From Eledone cirrhosa (Eukaryota), in contig OZ024743.1 in NCBI GenBank assembly GCA_964016885.1, positions 48,794,001 to 48,858,000 of the forward strand: DNA of 64,000 nt, in the 5' to 3' direction. Under the pieces are notes generated by a model. The model was not told where the DNA came from and did not search any database. It was given only the letters and a program-made list of their open reading frames with translations. Shown piece by piece: positions 1 to 13,959 of this stretch (position 1 is the first letter of the stretch; every line of letters starts with the position of its first letter). Both the position numbers and the translations under genes were made by a program.

Positions 1-3000
1 GCATTGTCCCCCAACTCAGACAACAGTAGCTCTGTGTCTTGTGTTCAACATGGCATTGTCCCCCAACTAAGACAACAGTAGTTCTATGTGTTGTGTTCAA
101 CATGGCATAGTCCCCCAACTAAGACAACAGTAGCTCTGTGTATTGTGTTCAACATGGCATTGTCGCCCAACTAAGACAACAGTAGCTCTGTGTGTTGTGT
201 TCAACATGGCATAGTCCCCCAACTAAGACAACAGTAGCTCTGTGTGTTGTGTTCAACATGCCATTGTCCCCCAACTAAGACAACAGTAGCTCTGTGTGTT
301 GTGTTCAACATGGCATTGTCCCACAACTAAGACAACAGTAGCTCTGTGTGTTGTGTTCAACATGGCATTGTCCCCCAACTAAGACAACAGTAGCTCTGTG
401 TGTTGTGTTCAACATGGCATTGTCCCCCAACTAAGACAACAGTAGTTCTGTGTGTTGTGTTCAACATGGCATTGTCCCCCAACTAAGACAACAGTAGCTC
501 TGTGTGTTGTGTTCAACATGGCATTGTCCGCCAACTAAGACAAGAGTAGTTCTGTGTGTTGTGTTAAACATGGCATTGTCCCCCAACTAAGACAACAGTA
601 GTTCTGTGTGTTGTGTTCAACATGGCATTGTCCCCCAACTAAGACAACAGTAGTTCTATGTGTTATGTTCAACATGGCATTGTCCCCAACTAAGACAACA
701 GTAGTTCTATGTGTTGTGTTCAACATGGCATTGTCCCACAACTAAGACAACAGTAGTTCTATGTGTTGTGTTCAACATGGCATTGTCCCCCAACTAAGAC
801 AACAGTAGCTCTGTGTGTTGTGTTCAACATGGCATTGTCCCCAACTAAGACAACAGTAGCTCTGTGTGTTGTGTTCAACATGGCATTGTCCCCCAACTAA
901 GACAACAGTAGTTCTATGTGTTGTGTTCAACATGGCATTGTCCCACAACTAAGACAACAGTAGCTCTGTGTGTTGTGTTGAACATGGCATTGTCCCCCAA
1001 CTAAGACAACAGTAGTTCTGTGTGTTATGTTCAACATGGCATTGTATGCCAACTAAGACAACAGTAGCTCTGTGTGTTGCGTTCAACATGGCATTGTCCG
1101 CAACAAAGGCAAGAGTAGTGCTATGTGTTGTGTCCAACATGGCATTGTCCCACAACTAAGACAACAGTAGCTCTGTGTGTTGTGTTCAACATGGCATTGT
1201 CCCCCAACTAAGACAACAGTAGTTCTATGTGTTGTGTTCAACATGGCATTGTCCCACAACTAAGACAACAGTAGCTCTGTGTGTTGTGTTCAACATGGCA
1301 TTGTCCCCCAACTAAGACAACAGTAGTTCTATGTGTTGTGTTCAACATGGCATTGTCCCACAACTAAGACAACAGTAGCTCTGTGTGTTGTGTTCAACAT
1401 TGCATTGTCCCCCAACTAAGACAACAGTAGTTCTGTGTGTTGTGTTCAACATGGCATTGTCCCCAAACTAAGACAACAGTAGCTCTGTGTGTTGTGTTGA
1501 ACATGGCATTGTCCCCAACTAAGACAACAGTAGCTCTGTGTGTTGTGTTGAACATGGCATTGTTCCCCAACTAAGACAACAGTAGTTATATGTGTTGTGT
1601 TCAACATGGCATTGTCACCGAACTCAGACAACAGTAGCTCTGTGTCTTGTGTTCAACATGGCATTGTCCCCCAACTAAGACAACAGTAGTTCAATGTGTT
1701 GTGTTCAACATGGCATTGTCCCCCAACTAAGACAACAGTAGCTCTGTGTGTTGTGTTCAACATGGCATTGTCCCCCAACTAAAACAACAGTAGCTCTGTG
1801 TGTTGAGTTCAACATGGCATTGTCGCCCAACTAAGACAACAGTAGTTCTGTGTGTTGTGTTCAACATGGCATTGTCCCCCAACTAAGACAACAGTAGTTC
1901 TGTGTGTTGTGTTAAACATGGCATTGTCCCCCAACTAAGACAACAGTAGTTCTGTGTGTTGTGTTCAACATGGCATTGTCCCCCAACTAAGACAACAGTA
2001 GTTCTGTGTGTTGTGTTCAACATGGCATTGTCCCCCAACTAAGACAACAGTAGTTCTATGTGTTGTGTTCAACATGGCATAGTCCCCCAACTAAGACAAC
2101 AGTAGCTCTGTGTATTGTGTTCAACATGGCATTGTCCCCCAACTAAGACAACAGTAGTTCTATGTTTTATGTTCAACATGGCATTGTCCCCAACTAAGAC
2201 AACAGTAGTACTATGTGTTGTGTTCAACATGGCATTGTCCCACAACTAAGACAACAGTAGTTCTATGTGTTGTGTTCAACATGGCATTGTCCCCAACTAA
2301 GACAACAGTAGTTCTATGTGTTGTGTTCAACATGGCATTGTCCCCCAACTAAGACAACAGTAGTTCTGTGTGTTGTGTTCAACATGGCATTGTCCCCCAA
2401 CTAAGACAACAGTAGCTCTGTGTGTTGTGTTCAACATGGCATTGTCCCCAACTAAGACAACAGTAGCTCTGTGTGTTGTGTTCAACATGGCATAGTCCCC
2501 CAACTAAGACAACAGTAGCTCTGTGTGTTGTGTTGAACATGGCATTGTCCCCAACTAAGACAACAGTAGCTCTGTGTGTTGTGTTGAACATGGCATTGTC
2601 CCCCAACTAAGACAACAGTAGTTCTATGTGTTGTGTTCAACATTGCATTGTCCCCCAACTCAGACAACAGTAGCTCTGTGTCTTGTGTTCAACATGGCAT
2701 TGTCCCCCAACTAAGACAACAGTAGTTCTATGTGTTGTGTTCAACATGGCATAGTCCCCCAACTAAGACAACAGTAGCTCTGTGTATTGTGTTCAACATG
2801 GCATTGTCGCCCAACTAAGACAACAGTAGCTCTGTGTGTTGTGTTCAACATGGCATAGTCCCCCAACTAAGACAACAGTAGCTCTGTGTGTTGTGTTCAA
2901 CATGCCATTGTCCCCCAACTAAGACAACAGTAGCTCTGTGTGTTGTGTTCAACATGGCATTGTCCCACAACTAAGACAACAGTAGCTCTGTGTGTTGTGT

Positions 3001-4490
3001 TCAACATGGCATTGTCCCCCAACTAAGACAACAGTAGCTCTGTGTGTTGTGTTCAACATGGCATTGTCCCCCAACTAAGACAACAGTAGTTCTGTGTGTT
3101 GTGTTCAACATGGCATTGTCCCCCAACTAAGACAACAGTAGCTCTGTGTGTTGTGTTCAACATGGCATTGTCCGCCAACTAAGACAACAGTAGTTCTGTG
3201 TGTTGTGTTAAACATGGCATTGTCCCCCAACTAAGACAACAGTAGTTCTGTGTGTTGTGTTCAACATGGCATTGTCCCCCAACTAAGACAACAGTAGTTC
3301 TATGTGTTATGTTCAACATGGCATTGTCCCCAACTAAGACAACAGTAGTTCTATGTGTTGTGTTCAACATGGCATTGTCCCACAACTAAGACAACAGTAG
3401 TTCTATGTGTTGTGTTCAACATGGCATTGTCCCCCAACTAAGACAACAGTAGTTCTATGTGTTGTGTTCAACATGGCATTGTCCCCCAACTAAGACAACA
3501 GTAGTTCTGTGTGTTGTGTTCAACATGGCATTGTCCCCCAACTAAGACAACAGTAGCTCTGTGTGTTGTGTTCAACATGGCATTGTCCCCAACTAAGACA
3601 ACAGTAGCTCTGTGTGTTGTGTTCAACATGGCATTGTCCCCCAACTAAGACAACATTAGTTCTATGTGTTGTGTTCAACATGGCATTGTTCCACAACTAA
3701 GACAACAGTATCTCTGTGTGTTGTGTTGAACATGGCATTGTCCCCCAACTAAGACAACAGTAGTTCTGTGTGTTATGTTTAACATGGCATTGTATGCCAA
3801 CTAAGACAACAGTAGCTCTGTGTGTTGCGTTCAACATGGCATTGTCCGCAACAAAGACAAGAGTAGTGCTATGTGTTGTGTCCAACATGGCATTGTCCCA
3901 CAACTAAGACAACAGTAGCTCTGTGTGTTGTGTTCAACATGGCATTGTCCCCCAACTAAGACAACAGTAGTTCTATGTGTTGTGTTCACCATGGCATTGT
4001 CCCACAACTAAGACAACAGTAGCTCTGTGTGTTGTGTTCAACATGGCATTGTCCCCCAACTAAGACAACAGTAGTTCTATGTGTTGTGTTCAACATGGCA
4101 TTGTCCCACAACTAAGACAACAGTAGCTCTGTGTGTTGTGTTCAACATTGCATTGTCCCCCAACTAAGACAACAGTAGTTCTGTGTGTTGTGTTCAACAT
4201 GGCATTGTCCCCAAACTAAGACAACAGTAGCTCTGTGTGTTGTGTTGAACATGGCATTGTCCCCAACTAAGACAACAGTAGCTCTGTGTGTTGTGTTGAA
4301 CATGGCATTGTTCCCCAACTAAGACAACAGTAGTTATATGTGTTGTGTTCAACATGGCATTGTCCCCGAACTCAGACAACAGTAGCTCTGTGTCTTGTGT
4401 TCAACATGGCATTGTCCCCCAACTAAGACAACAGTAGTTCAATGTGTTGTGTTCAACATGGCATTGTCCCCCAACTAAGACAACAGTAGT
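1..4490. repeat. HOR pair, offset 2,644 bp rising to 2,748 bp (copy 1 ~1-1740, copy 2 ~2645-4490)
   Basis: The same variant order (ctcag/gtctt, catagtc, gtcgcc, atgccat, ccgcc, ttaaac) starts at 1 and at 2645. ORF pairs are 535/3179 (2,644), then 949/3697 and 1446/4194 (2,748 = two extra monomers). Copy 1 may extend left of the window. Confidence 0.85.
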
Positions 4491-6489
4491 TCTGTGTGTT
4501 GTGTTCAACATGGCATTGTCCACCATCTAAGACAACAGTAGTTCTGTGTGTTGTGTTCAACATGGCATTGTCCCCCAAATAAGACAACAGTAGTTCTGTG
4601 TGTTGTGTTCAACATGGCATTGTCCCCCAACTAAAACAACAGTAGTTCTGTGTGTTGTGTTCAACATGGCATTGTCCCCCAACTAAGACAACAGTAGTTC
4701 TGTGTGTCGTGTTCAACATGGCATTGTCCCCCAACTAAGACAACAGTAGTTCTGTGTGTTGTGTTCAACATGGCATTGTCCCCAAGTAAGACAACAGTAG
4801 TTCTGTGTGTTGTGTTCAACATGGCATTGTCCCCCAACTAAGACAACAGTAGCTCTGTGAGTTGTGTTCAACATGGGATTGTCCCCAACTAAGATAACAG
4901 TAGTTCTACGTGTTGTGTTCAACATGGCATTGTCCCCCAACTAAGACAACAGTAGCTCTGTGTGTTGTGTTCAACATGGCATTGTCCCCAAGTAAGACAA
5001 CAGTAGTTCTGTGTGTTGTGTTCAACATGGCATTGTCCCCCAACTAAGACAACAGTAGCTCTGTGTGTTGTGTTCAACATGGCATTGTCCCCCAACTAAG
5101 ATAACAGTAGTTCTATGTGTTGTGTTCAACATGGCATTGTCCCCCAACTAAGACAACAGTAGTTCTGTGTTTTGTATTCAACATGGCAATGTCCCCCAAC
5201 TAAGACAACAGTAGTTCTATGTGTTGTGTTCAACATGGCATTGTCCCACAACTAAGACAACAGTAGCTCTGTGTGTTGTGTTCAACATGGCATTGTCCCC
5301 AAGTAAGACAACAGTAGTTCTGTGTGTTGTGTTCAACATGGCATTGTCCCCCAACTAAGACAACAGTAGCTCTGTGTGTTGTGTTCAACATGGCATTGTC
5401 CCCCAACTAAGACAACAGTAGCTCTGTGTGTTGTGTTCAATATGGAATTGTCCCCCAACTAAGACAACAGTAGTTCTGTGTTTTGTATTCAACATGGCAA
5501 TGTCCCCCAACTAAGACAACAGTAGTTCTATGTGTTGTGTTCAACATGGCATTGTCCCACAACTAAGACAACAGTAGCTCTGTGTGTTGTGTTGAACATG
5601 GCATTGTCCCCCAACTAAGACAACAGTAGTTCTGTGTGTTATGTTCAACATGGCATTGTACGCCAACTAAGACAACAGTAGCTGTGTGTGTTGTGTTCAA
5701 CATGGCATTGTCCGCAACTAAGACAAGAGTAGTGCTATGTGTTGTGTCCAACATGGCATTGTCCCACAACTAAGACAACAGTAGCTCTGTGTGTTGTGTT
5801 CAACATGGCATTGTCCCCCAACTAAGACAACAGTAGTTCTATGTGTTGTGTTCAACATGGCATTGTCCCACAACTAAGACAACAGTAGCTCTGTGTGTTG
5901 TCTTCAACATGGCATTGTCCCCCAACTAAGACAACAGTAGTTCTATGTGTTGTGTTCAACATTGCATTGTCCCCCAACTAAGACAACAGTAGTTCTGTGT
6001 GTTGTGTTCAACATGGCATTGTCCCCAAACTAAGACAACAGTAGCTCTGTGTGTTTTGTTGAACATGGCATTGTCCCCAACTAAGACAACAGTAGCTCTG
6101 TGTGTTGTGTTGAACATGGCATTGTTCCCCAACTAAGACAACAGTAGTTATATGTGTTGTGTTCAACATGGCATTGTCCCCGAACTCAGACAACAGTAGC
6201 TCTGTGTCTTGTGTTCAACATGGCATTGTCCCCCAACTAAGACAACAGTAGTTCAATGTGTTGTGTTCAACATGGCATTGTCCCCCAACTAAGACAACAG
6301 TAGTTCTGTGTGTTGTGTTCAACATGGCATTGTCCACCATCTAAGACAACAGTAGTTCTGTGTGTTGTGTTCAACATGGCATTGTCCCCCAAATAAGACA
6401 ACAGTAGTTCTGTGTGTTGTGTTCAACATGGCATTGTCCCCCAACTAAAACAACAGCAGCTCTGTGTGTTGTGTTCAACATGGCATTGT

Positions 6490-9400
6490 CCCCCAACTAA
6501 GACAACAGTAGCTCTGTGTGTTGTGTTCAACATGGCATTGTCCCCAACTAAGACAACAGTAGTTCTGTGTGTTGTGTTCTACATGGCATTGTCCCCCAAC
6601 TAAGACAACAGTAGCTCTGTGTGTTGTGTTCAACATGGCATTGTCCCCCAACTAAGACAACAGTAGTTCTATGTGTTGTGTTCAACATGGCATTGTCCCC
6701 AACTAAGACAACAGTAGCTCTGTGTGTTGTGTTCAACATGGCATTGTCCCCAACTAAGACAACAGTAGTTCTGTGTGTTGTGTTCAACATGGCATTGTCC
6801 CCCAACTAAGACAACAGTAGTTCTGTGTGTTGTGTTCAACATGGCATTGTCCCCCAACTAAGACAACAGTAGTTCTGTGTGTCGTGTTCAACATGGCATT
6901 GTCCCCCAACTAAGACAACAGTAGTTCTGTGTGTTGTGTTCAACATGGCATTGTCCCCCAACTAAGACAATAGTAGCTCTGTGTGTTGTGTTCAACATGG
7001 CATTGTCCCCCACCTAAGACAACAGTAGTTCTATGTGTTGTGCTCAACATGGCATTGTCCCCCAACTAAGACAACAGTAGCTCTGTGAGTTGTGTTCAAC
7101 ATGGGATTGTACCCAACTAAGATAACAGTAGTTCTACGTGTTGTGTTCAACATGGCATTGTCCCCAACTAAGACAAAAGTAGCTCTGTGTGTTGTGTTCA
7201 ACATGGCATTGTCCCCCAACTAAGACAACAGTAGTTCTGTGTGTTGTGTTCAACATGGCATTGTCCCCCAACTAAGACAACAGTAGTTCTGTGTGTTGTG
7301 TTCAACATGGCATTGTCCCCTATCTAAGACAACAGTAGTTCTGTCTGTTGTGTTCAACATGGCATTGTCCCCCAACTAAGACAACAGTAGTTCTGTGTGT
7401 CGTGTTCAACATGGCATTGTCTCCCAACTAAGACAACAGTAGTTCTGTGTGTTGCGTTCAACATGGCATTGTCCCCCAACTAAGACAACAGTAGTTCTGT
7501 GTGTTGTGTTCTACATGGCATTGTCCCCAACTAAGACAACAGTAGCTCTGTATGTTGTGTTTAACATGGCATTGTCCCCAACTAAGACAACAGTAGCTCT
7601 GTGTGTTGTGTTCAACATGGCATTGTCCCCTAACTAAGACAACAGTAGTTCTGTCTGTTGTGTTCAACATGGCATTGTCCCCCAACTAAGACAACAGTAG
7701 TTCTGTCTGTCGTGTTCAACATGGCATTGTCCCCCAACTAAGACAACATTAGTTCTGTGTGTTGTGTTCAACATGGCATTGTCCCCTAAGTAAGACAACA
7801 GTAGTTCTGTCTGTTGTGTTCAACATGGCATTGTCCCCCAACTAAGACAAAAGTAGTTCTGTGTGTCGTGTTCAACATGGCATTGTCCCCCAACTAAGAC
7901 AACAGTAGTTCTGTGTGTTGTGTTCAACATGGCATTGTCCACCAACTAAGACAACAGTAGTTCTGTGTATTGTGTTCAACATGGCATTGTCCCCCAAATA
8001 AGACAACAGTAGCTCTCTGTCTTGTGTTCAACATGGCATTGTCCCCCAACTAAGACAACAGTAGTTCTGTGTGTTGTGTTCAACATGGCATTGTCCCCCA
8101 ACTAAGACAACAGTAGTTCAATGTGTTGTGTTCAACATGGCATTGTCCCCCAACTAAGACAACAGTAGTTCTGTGTGTTGTGTTCAACATGGCATTGTCC
8201 ACCAACTAAGACAACAGTAGTTCTGTGTGTTGTGTTCAACATGGCATTGTCCCCCAAATAAGACAACAGTAGTTCTGTGTGTTGTGTTCAACATGGCATT
8301 GTCCCCCAACTAAAACAACAGCAGCTCTGTGTGTTGTGTTCAACATGGCATTGTCCCCAACTAAGACAACAGTAGTTCTGTGTGTTGTGTTCTACATGGC
8401 ATTGTCCCCCAACTAAGACAACAGTAGCTCTGTGTGTTGTGTTCAACATGGCATTGTCCCCCAACTAAGACAACAGTAGTTCTATGTGTGGTGTTCAACA
8501 TGGCATTGTCCCCAACTAAGACAACAGTAGCTCTGTGTGTTGTGTTCAACATGGCATTGTCCCCAACTAAGACAACAGTAGTTCTGTGTGTTGTGTTCAA
8601 CATGGCATTGTCCCCCAACTAAGACAACAGTAGTTCTGTGGGTGTGTTCAACATGGCATTGTCCCCCAACTAAGACAACAGTAGTTCTATGTGTTGTGTT
8701 CAACATGGCATTGTCCCCCAACTAAGACAACAGTAGTTCTGTGTGTTGTGTTCAACATGGCATTGTCCCCCAACTAAGACAACAGTAGTTCTGTGTGTCG
8801 TGTTCAACATGGCATTGTCCCCCAACTGAGACAACAGTAGTTCTGTGTGTTGTGTTCAACATGGCATTGTCCCCCAACTAAGACAATAGTAGCTCTGTGT
8901 GTTGTGTTCAACATGGCATTGTCCCCCACCTAAGACAACAGTAGTTCTATGTGTTGTGTTCAACATGGCATTGTCCCCCAACTAAGACAACAGTAGCTCT
9001 GTGAGTTGTGTTCAACATGGGATTGTCCCCAACTAAGATAACAGTAGTTCTACGTGTTGTGTTCAACATGGCATTGTCCCCAACTAAGACAAAAGTAGCT
9101 CTGTGTGTTGTGTTCAACATGGCATTGTCCCCCAACTAAGACAACAGTAGTTCTGTGTGTTGTGTTCAACATGGCATTGTCCCCCAACTAAGACAACAGT
9201 AGTTCTGTGTGTTGTGTTCAACATGGCATTGTCCCCTATCTAAGACAACAGTAGTTCTGTCTGTTGTGTTCAACATGGCATTGTCCCCCAACTAAGACAA
9301 CAGTAGTTCTGTCTGTCGTGTTCAACATGGCATTGTCTCCCAACTAAGACAACAGTAGTTCTGTGTGTTGTGTTCAACATGGCATTGTCCCCCAACTAAG

Positions 9401-12400
9401 ACAACAGTAGTTCTGTGTGTTGTGTTCAACATGGCATTGTCCCCAACTAAGACAACAGTAGCTCTGTATGTTGTGTTCAACATGGCATTGTCCCCAACTA
9501 AGACAACAGTAGCTCTGTGTGTTGTGTTCAACATGGCATTGTCCCCTAACTAAGACAACAGTAGTTCTGTCTGTTGTGTTCAACATGGCATTGTCCCCCA
9601 ACTAAGACAACAGTAGTTCTGTCTGTCGTGTTCAACATGGCATTGTCCCCCAACTAAGACAACATTAGTTCTGTGTGTTGTGTTCAACATGGCATTGTCC
9701 CTTAAGTAAGACAACAGTAGTTCTGTCTGTTGCGTTCAACATGGCATTGTCCCCCAACTAAGACAACAGTAGTTCTGTGTGTCGTGTTCAACATGGCATT
9801 GTCCCCCAACTAAGACAACAGTAGTTCTGTGTGTTGTGTTCAACATGGCATTGTCCACCAACTAAGACAACAGTAGTTCTGTGTATTGTGTTCAACATGG
9901 CATTGTCCCCCAAATAAGACAACAGTAGCTCTCTGTCTTGTGTTCAACATGGCATTGTCCCCCAACTAAGACAACAGTAGCTCTGTGTGTTGTGTTCAAC
10001 ATGGCATTGTCCCCAACTAAGACAACAGTAGTTCTGTGTGTTGTGTTCTACATGGCATTGTCCCCCAACTAAGACAACAGTAGCTCTGTGTGTTGTGTTC
10101 AACATGGCATTGTCCCCCAACTAAGACAACAGTAGTTCTATGTGTTGTGTTCAACATGGCATTGTCCCCAACTAAGACAACAGTAGCTCTGTGTGTTGTG
10201 TTCAACATGGCATTGTCCCCAACTAAGACAACAGTAGTTCTGTGTGTTGTGTTCAACATGGCATTGTCCCCCAACTAAGACAACAGTAGTTCTGTGTGTT
10301 GTGTTCAACATGGCATTGTCCCCCAACTAAGACAACAGTAGTTCTGTGTGTCGTGTTCAACATGGCATTGTCCCCCAACTAAGACAACAGTAGTTCTGTG
10401 TGTTGTGTTCAACATGGCATTGTCCCCCAACTAAGACAATAGTAGCTCTGTGTGTTGTGTTCAACATGGCATTGTCCCCCACCTAAGACAACAGTAGTTC
10501 TATGTGTTGTGCTCAACATGGCATTGTCCCCCAACTAAGACAACAGTAGCTCTGTGAGTTGTGTTCAACATGGGATTGTCCCCAACTAAGATAACAGTAG
10601 TTCTACGTGTTGTGTTCAACATGGCATTGTCCCCAACTAAGACAAAAGTAGCTCTGTGTGTTGTGTTCAACATGGCATTGTCCCCCAACTAAGACAACAG
10701 TAGTTCTGTGTGTTGTGTTCAACATGGCATTGTCCCCCAACTAAGACAACAGTAGTTCTGTGTGTTGTGTTCAACATGGCATTGTCCCCTATCTAAGACA
10801 ACAGTAGTTCTGTCTGTTGTGTTCAACATGGCATTGTCCCCCAACTAAGACAACAGTAGTTCTGTGTGTCGTGTTCAACATGGCATTGTCTCCCAACTAA
10901 GACAACAGTAGTTCTGTGTGTTGCGTTCAACATGGCATTGTCCCCCAACTAAGACAACAGTAGTTCTGTGTGTTGTGTTCTACATGGCATTGTCCCCAAC
11001 TAAGACAACAGTAGCTCTGTATGTTGTGTTTAACATGGCATTGTCCCCAACTAAGACAACAGTAGCTCTGTGTGTTGTGTTCAACATGGCATTGTCCCCT
11101 AACTAAGACAACAGTAGTTCTGTCTGTTGTGTTCAACATGGCATTGTCCCCCAACTAAGACAACAGTAGTTCTGTCTGTCGTGTTCAACATGGCATTGTC
11201 CCCCAACTAAGACAACATTAGTTCTGTGTGTTGTGTTCAACATGGCATTGTCCCCTAAGTAAGACAACAGTAGTTCTGTCTGTTGTGTTCAACATGGCAT
11301 TGTCCCCCAACTAAGACAAAAGTAGTTCTGTGTGTCGTGTTCAACATGGCATTGTCCCCCAACTAAGACAACAGTAGTTCTGTGTGTTGTGTTCAACATG
11401 GCATTGTCCACCAACTAAGACAACAGTAGTTCTGTGTATTGTGTTCAACATGGCATTGTCCCCCAAATAAGACAACAGTAGCTCTCTGTCTTGTGTTCAA
11501 CATGGCATTGTCCCCCAACTAAGACAACAGTAGTTCTGTGTGTTGTGTTCAACATGGCATTGTCCCCCAACTAAGACAACAGTAGTTCAATGTGTTGTGT
11601 TCAACATGGCATTGTCCCCCAACTAAGACAACAGTAGTTCTGTGTGTTGTGTTCAACATGGCATTGTCCACCAACTAAGACAACAGTAGTTCTGTGTGTT
11701 GTGTTCAACATGGCATTGTCCCCCAAATAAGACAACAGTAGTTCTGTGTGTTGTGTTCAACATGGCATTGTCCCCCAACTAAAACAACAGCAGCTCTGTG
11801 TGTTGTGTTCAACATGGCATTGTCCCCAACTAAGACAACAGTAGTTCTGTGTGTTGTGTTCTACATGGCATTGTCCCCCAACTAAGACAACAGTAGCTCT
11901 GTGTGTTGTGTTCAACATGGCATTGTCCCCCAACTAAGACAACAGTAGTTCTATGTGTGGTGTTCAACATGGCATTGTCCCCAACTAAGACAACAGTAGC
12001 TCTGTGTGTTGTGTTCAACATGGCATTGTCCCCAACTAAGACAACAGTAGTTCTGTGTGTTGTGTTCAACATGGCATTGTCCCCCAACTAAGACAACAGT
12101 AGTTCTGTGGGTGTGTTCAACATGGCATTGTCCCCCAACTAAGACAACAGTAGTTCTATGTGTTGTGTTCAACATGGCATTGTCCCCCAACTAAGACAAC
12201 AGTAGTTCTGTGTGTTGTGTTCAACATGGCATTGTCCCCCAACTAAGACAACAGTAGTTCTGTGTGTCGTGTTCAACATGGCATTGTCCCCCAACTGAGA
12301 CAACAGTAGTTCTGTGTGTTGTGTTCAACATGGCATTGTCCCCCAACTAAGACAATAGTAGCTCTGTGTGTTGTGTTCAACATGGCATTGTCCCCCACCT

Positions 12401-13430
12401 AAGACAACAGTAGTTCTATGTGTTGTGTTCAACATGGCATTGTCCCCCAACTAAGACAACAGTAGCTCTGTGAGTTGTGTTCAACATGGGATTGTCCCCA
12501 ACTAAGATAACAGTAGTTCTACGTGTTGTGTTCAACATGGCATTGTCCCCAACTAAGACAAAAGTAGCTCTGTGTGTTGTGTTCAACATGGCATTGTCCC
12601 CCAACTAAGACAACAGTAGTTCTGTGTGTTGTGTTCAACATGGCATTGTCCCCCAACTAAGACAACAGTAGTTCTGTGTGTTGTGTTCAACATGGCATTG
12701 TCCCCTATCTAAGACAACAGTAGTTCTGTCTGTTGTGTTCAACATGGCATTGTCCCCCAACTAAGACAACAGTAGTTCTGTCTGTCGTGTTCAACATGGC
12801 ATTGTCTCCCAACTAAGACAACAGTAGTTCTGTGTGTTGTGTTCAACATGGCATTGTCCCCCAACTAAGACAACAGTAGTTCTGTGTGTTGTGTTCAACA
12901 TGGCATTGTCCCCAACTAAGACAACAGTAGCTCTGTATGTTGTGTTCAACATGGCATTGTCCCCAACTAAGACAACAGTAGCTCTGTGTGTTGTGTTCAA
13001 CATGGCATTGTCCCCTAACTAAGACAACAGTAGTTCTGTCTGTTGTGTTCAACATGGCATTGTCCCCCAACTAAGACAACAGTAGTTCTGTCTGTCGTGT
13101 TCAACATGGCATTGCCCCCCAACTAAGACAACATTAGTTCTGTGTGTTGTGTTCAACATGGCATTGTCCCTTAAGTAAGACAACAGTAGTTCTGTCTGTT
13201 GCGTTCAACATGGCATTGTCCCCCAACTAAGACAACAGTAGTTCTGTGTGTCGTGTTCAACATGGCATTGTCCCCCAACTAAGACAACAGTAGTTCTGTG
13301 TGTTGTGTTCAACATGGCATTGTCCACCAACTAAGACAACAGTAGTTCTGTGTATTGTGTTCAACATGGCATTGTCCCCCAAATAAGACAACAGTAGCTC
13401 TCTGTCTTGTGTTCAACATGGCATTGTCCC
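6490..13430. repeat. 3,469-bp (~67-monomer) tandem HOR pair nested in 13.36-kb copy 1
   Basis: ORF pairs 6548/10017, 7031/10500, 7449/10918, 8361/11830, 8947/12416 and 9322/12791 are all offset 3,469. The rare marker ctgtgggtgtg lies at ~8640/12109. Confidence 0.92.
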
Positions 13431-13959
13431 CCAACTAAGACAACAGTAGTTCTGTGTGTTGTGTTCAACATGGCATTGTCCCCCAACTAAGACAACAGTA
13501 GTTCAATGTGTTGTGTTCAACATGGCATTGTCCCCCAACTAAGACAACAGTAGATCTGTGTGTTGTGTTCAACATGGCATTGTCCACCAACTAAGACAAC
13601 AGTAGTTCTGTGTTTTGTGTTCAACATGGCATTGTCCCCCAAATAAGACAACAGTAGTTCTGTGTGTTGTGTTCAACATGGCATTGTCCCCCAACTAAAA
13701 CAACAGCAGCTCTATGTGTTGTGTTCAACATGGCATTGTCCCCCAACTAAGACAACAGTAGTTCTGTGTGTTGTGTTCAACATGGCATTGTCCCCCAACT
13801 AAGACAACAGTAGTTCTGTGTGTTGTGTTCAACATGGCATTGTCCCCCAACTAAGACAACAGTAGTTCTGTGTGTTGTGTTCAACATGGCATTGTCCCCA
13901 ACTAAGACAACAGTAGCTCTGTGTGTCGTGTTCAACATGGCATTGTCCCCCAACTAAGA

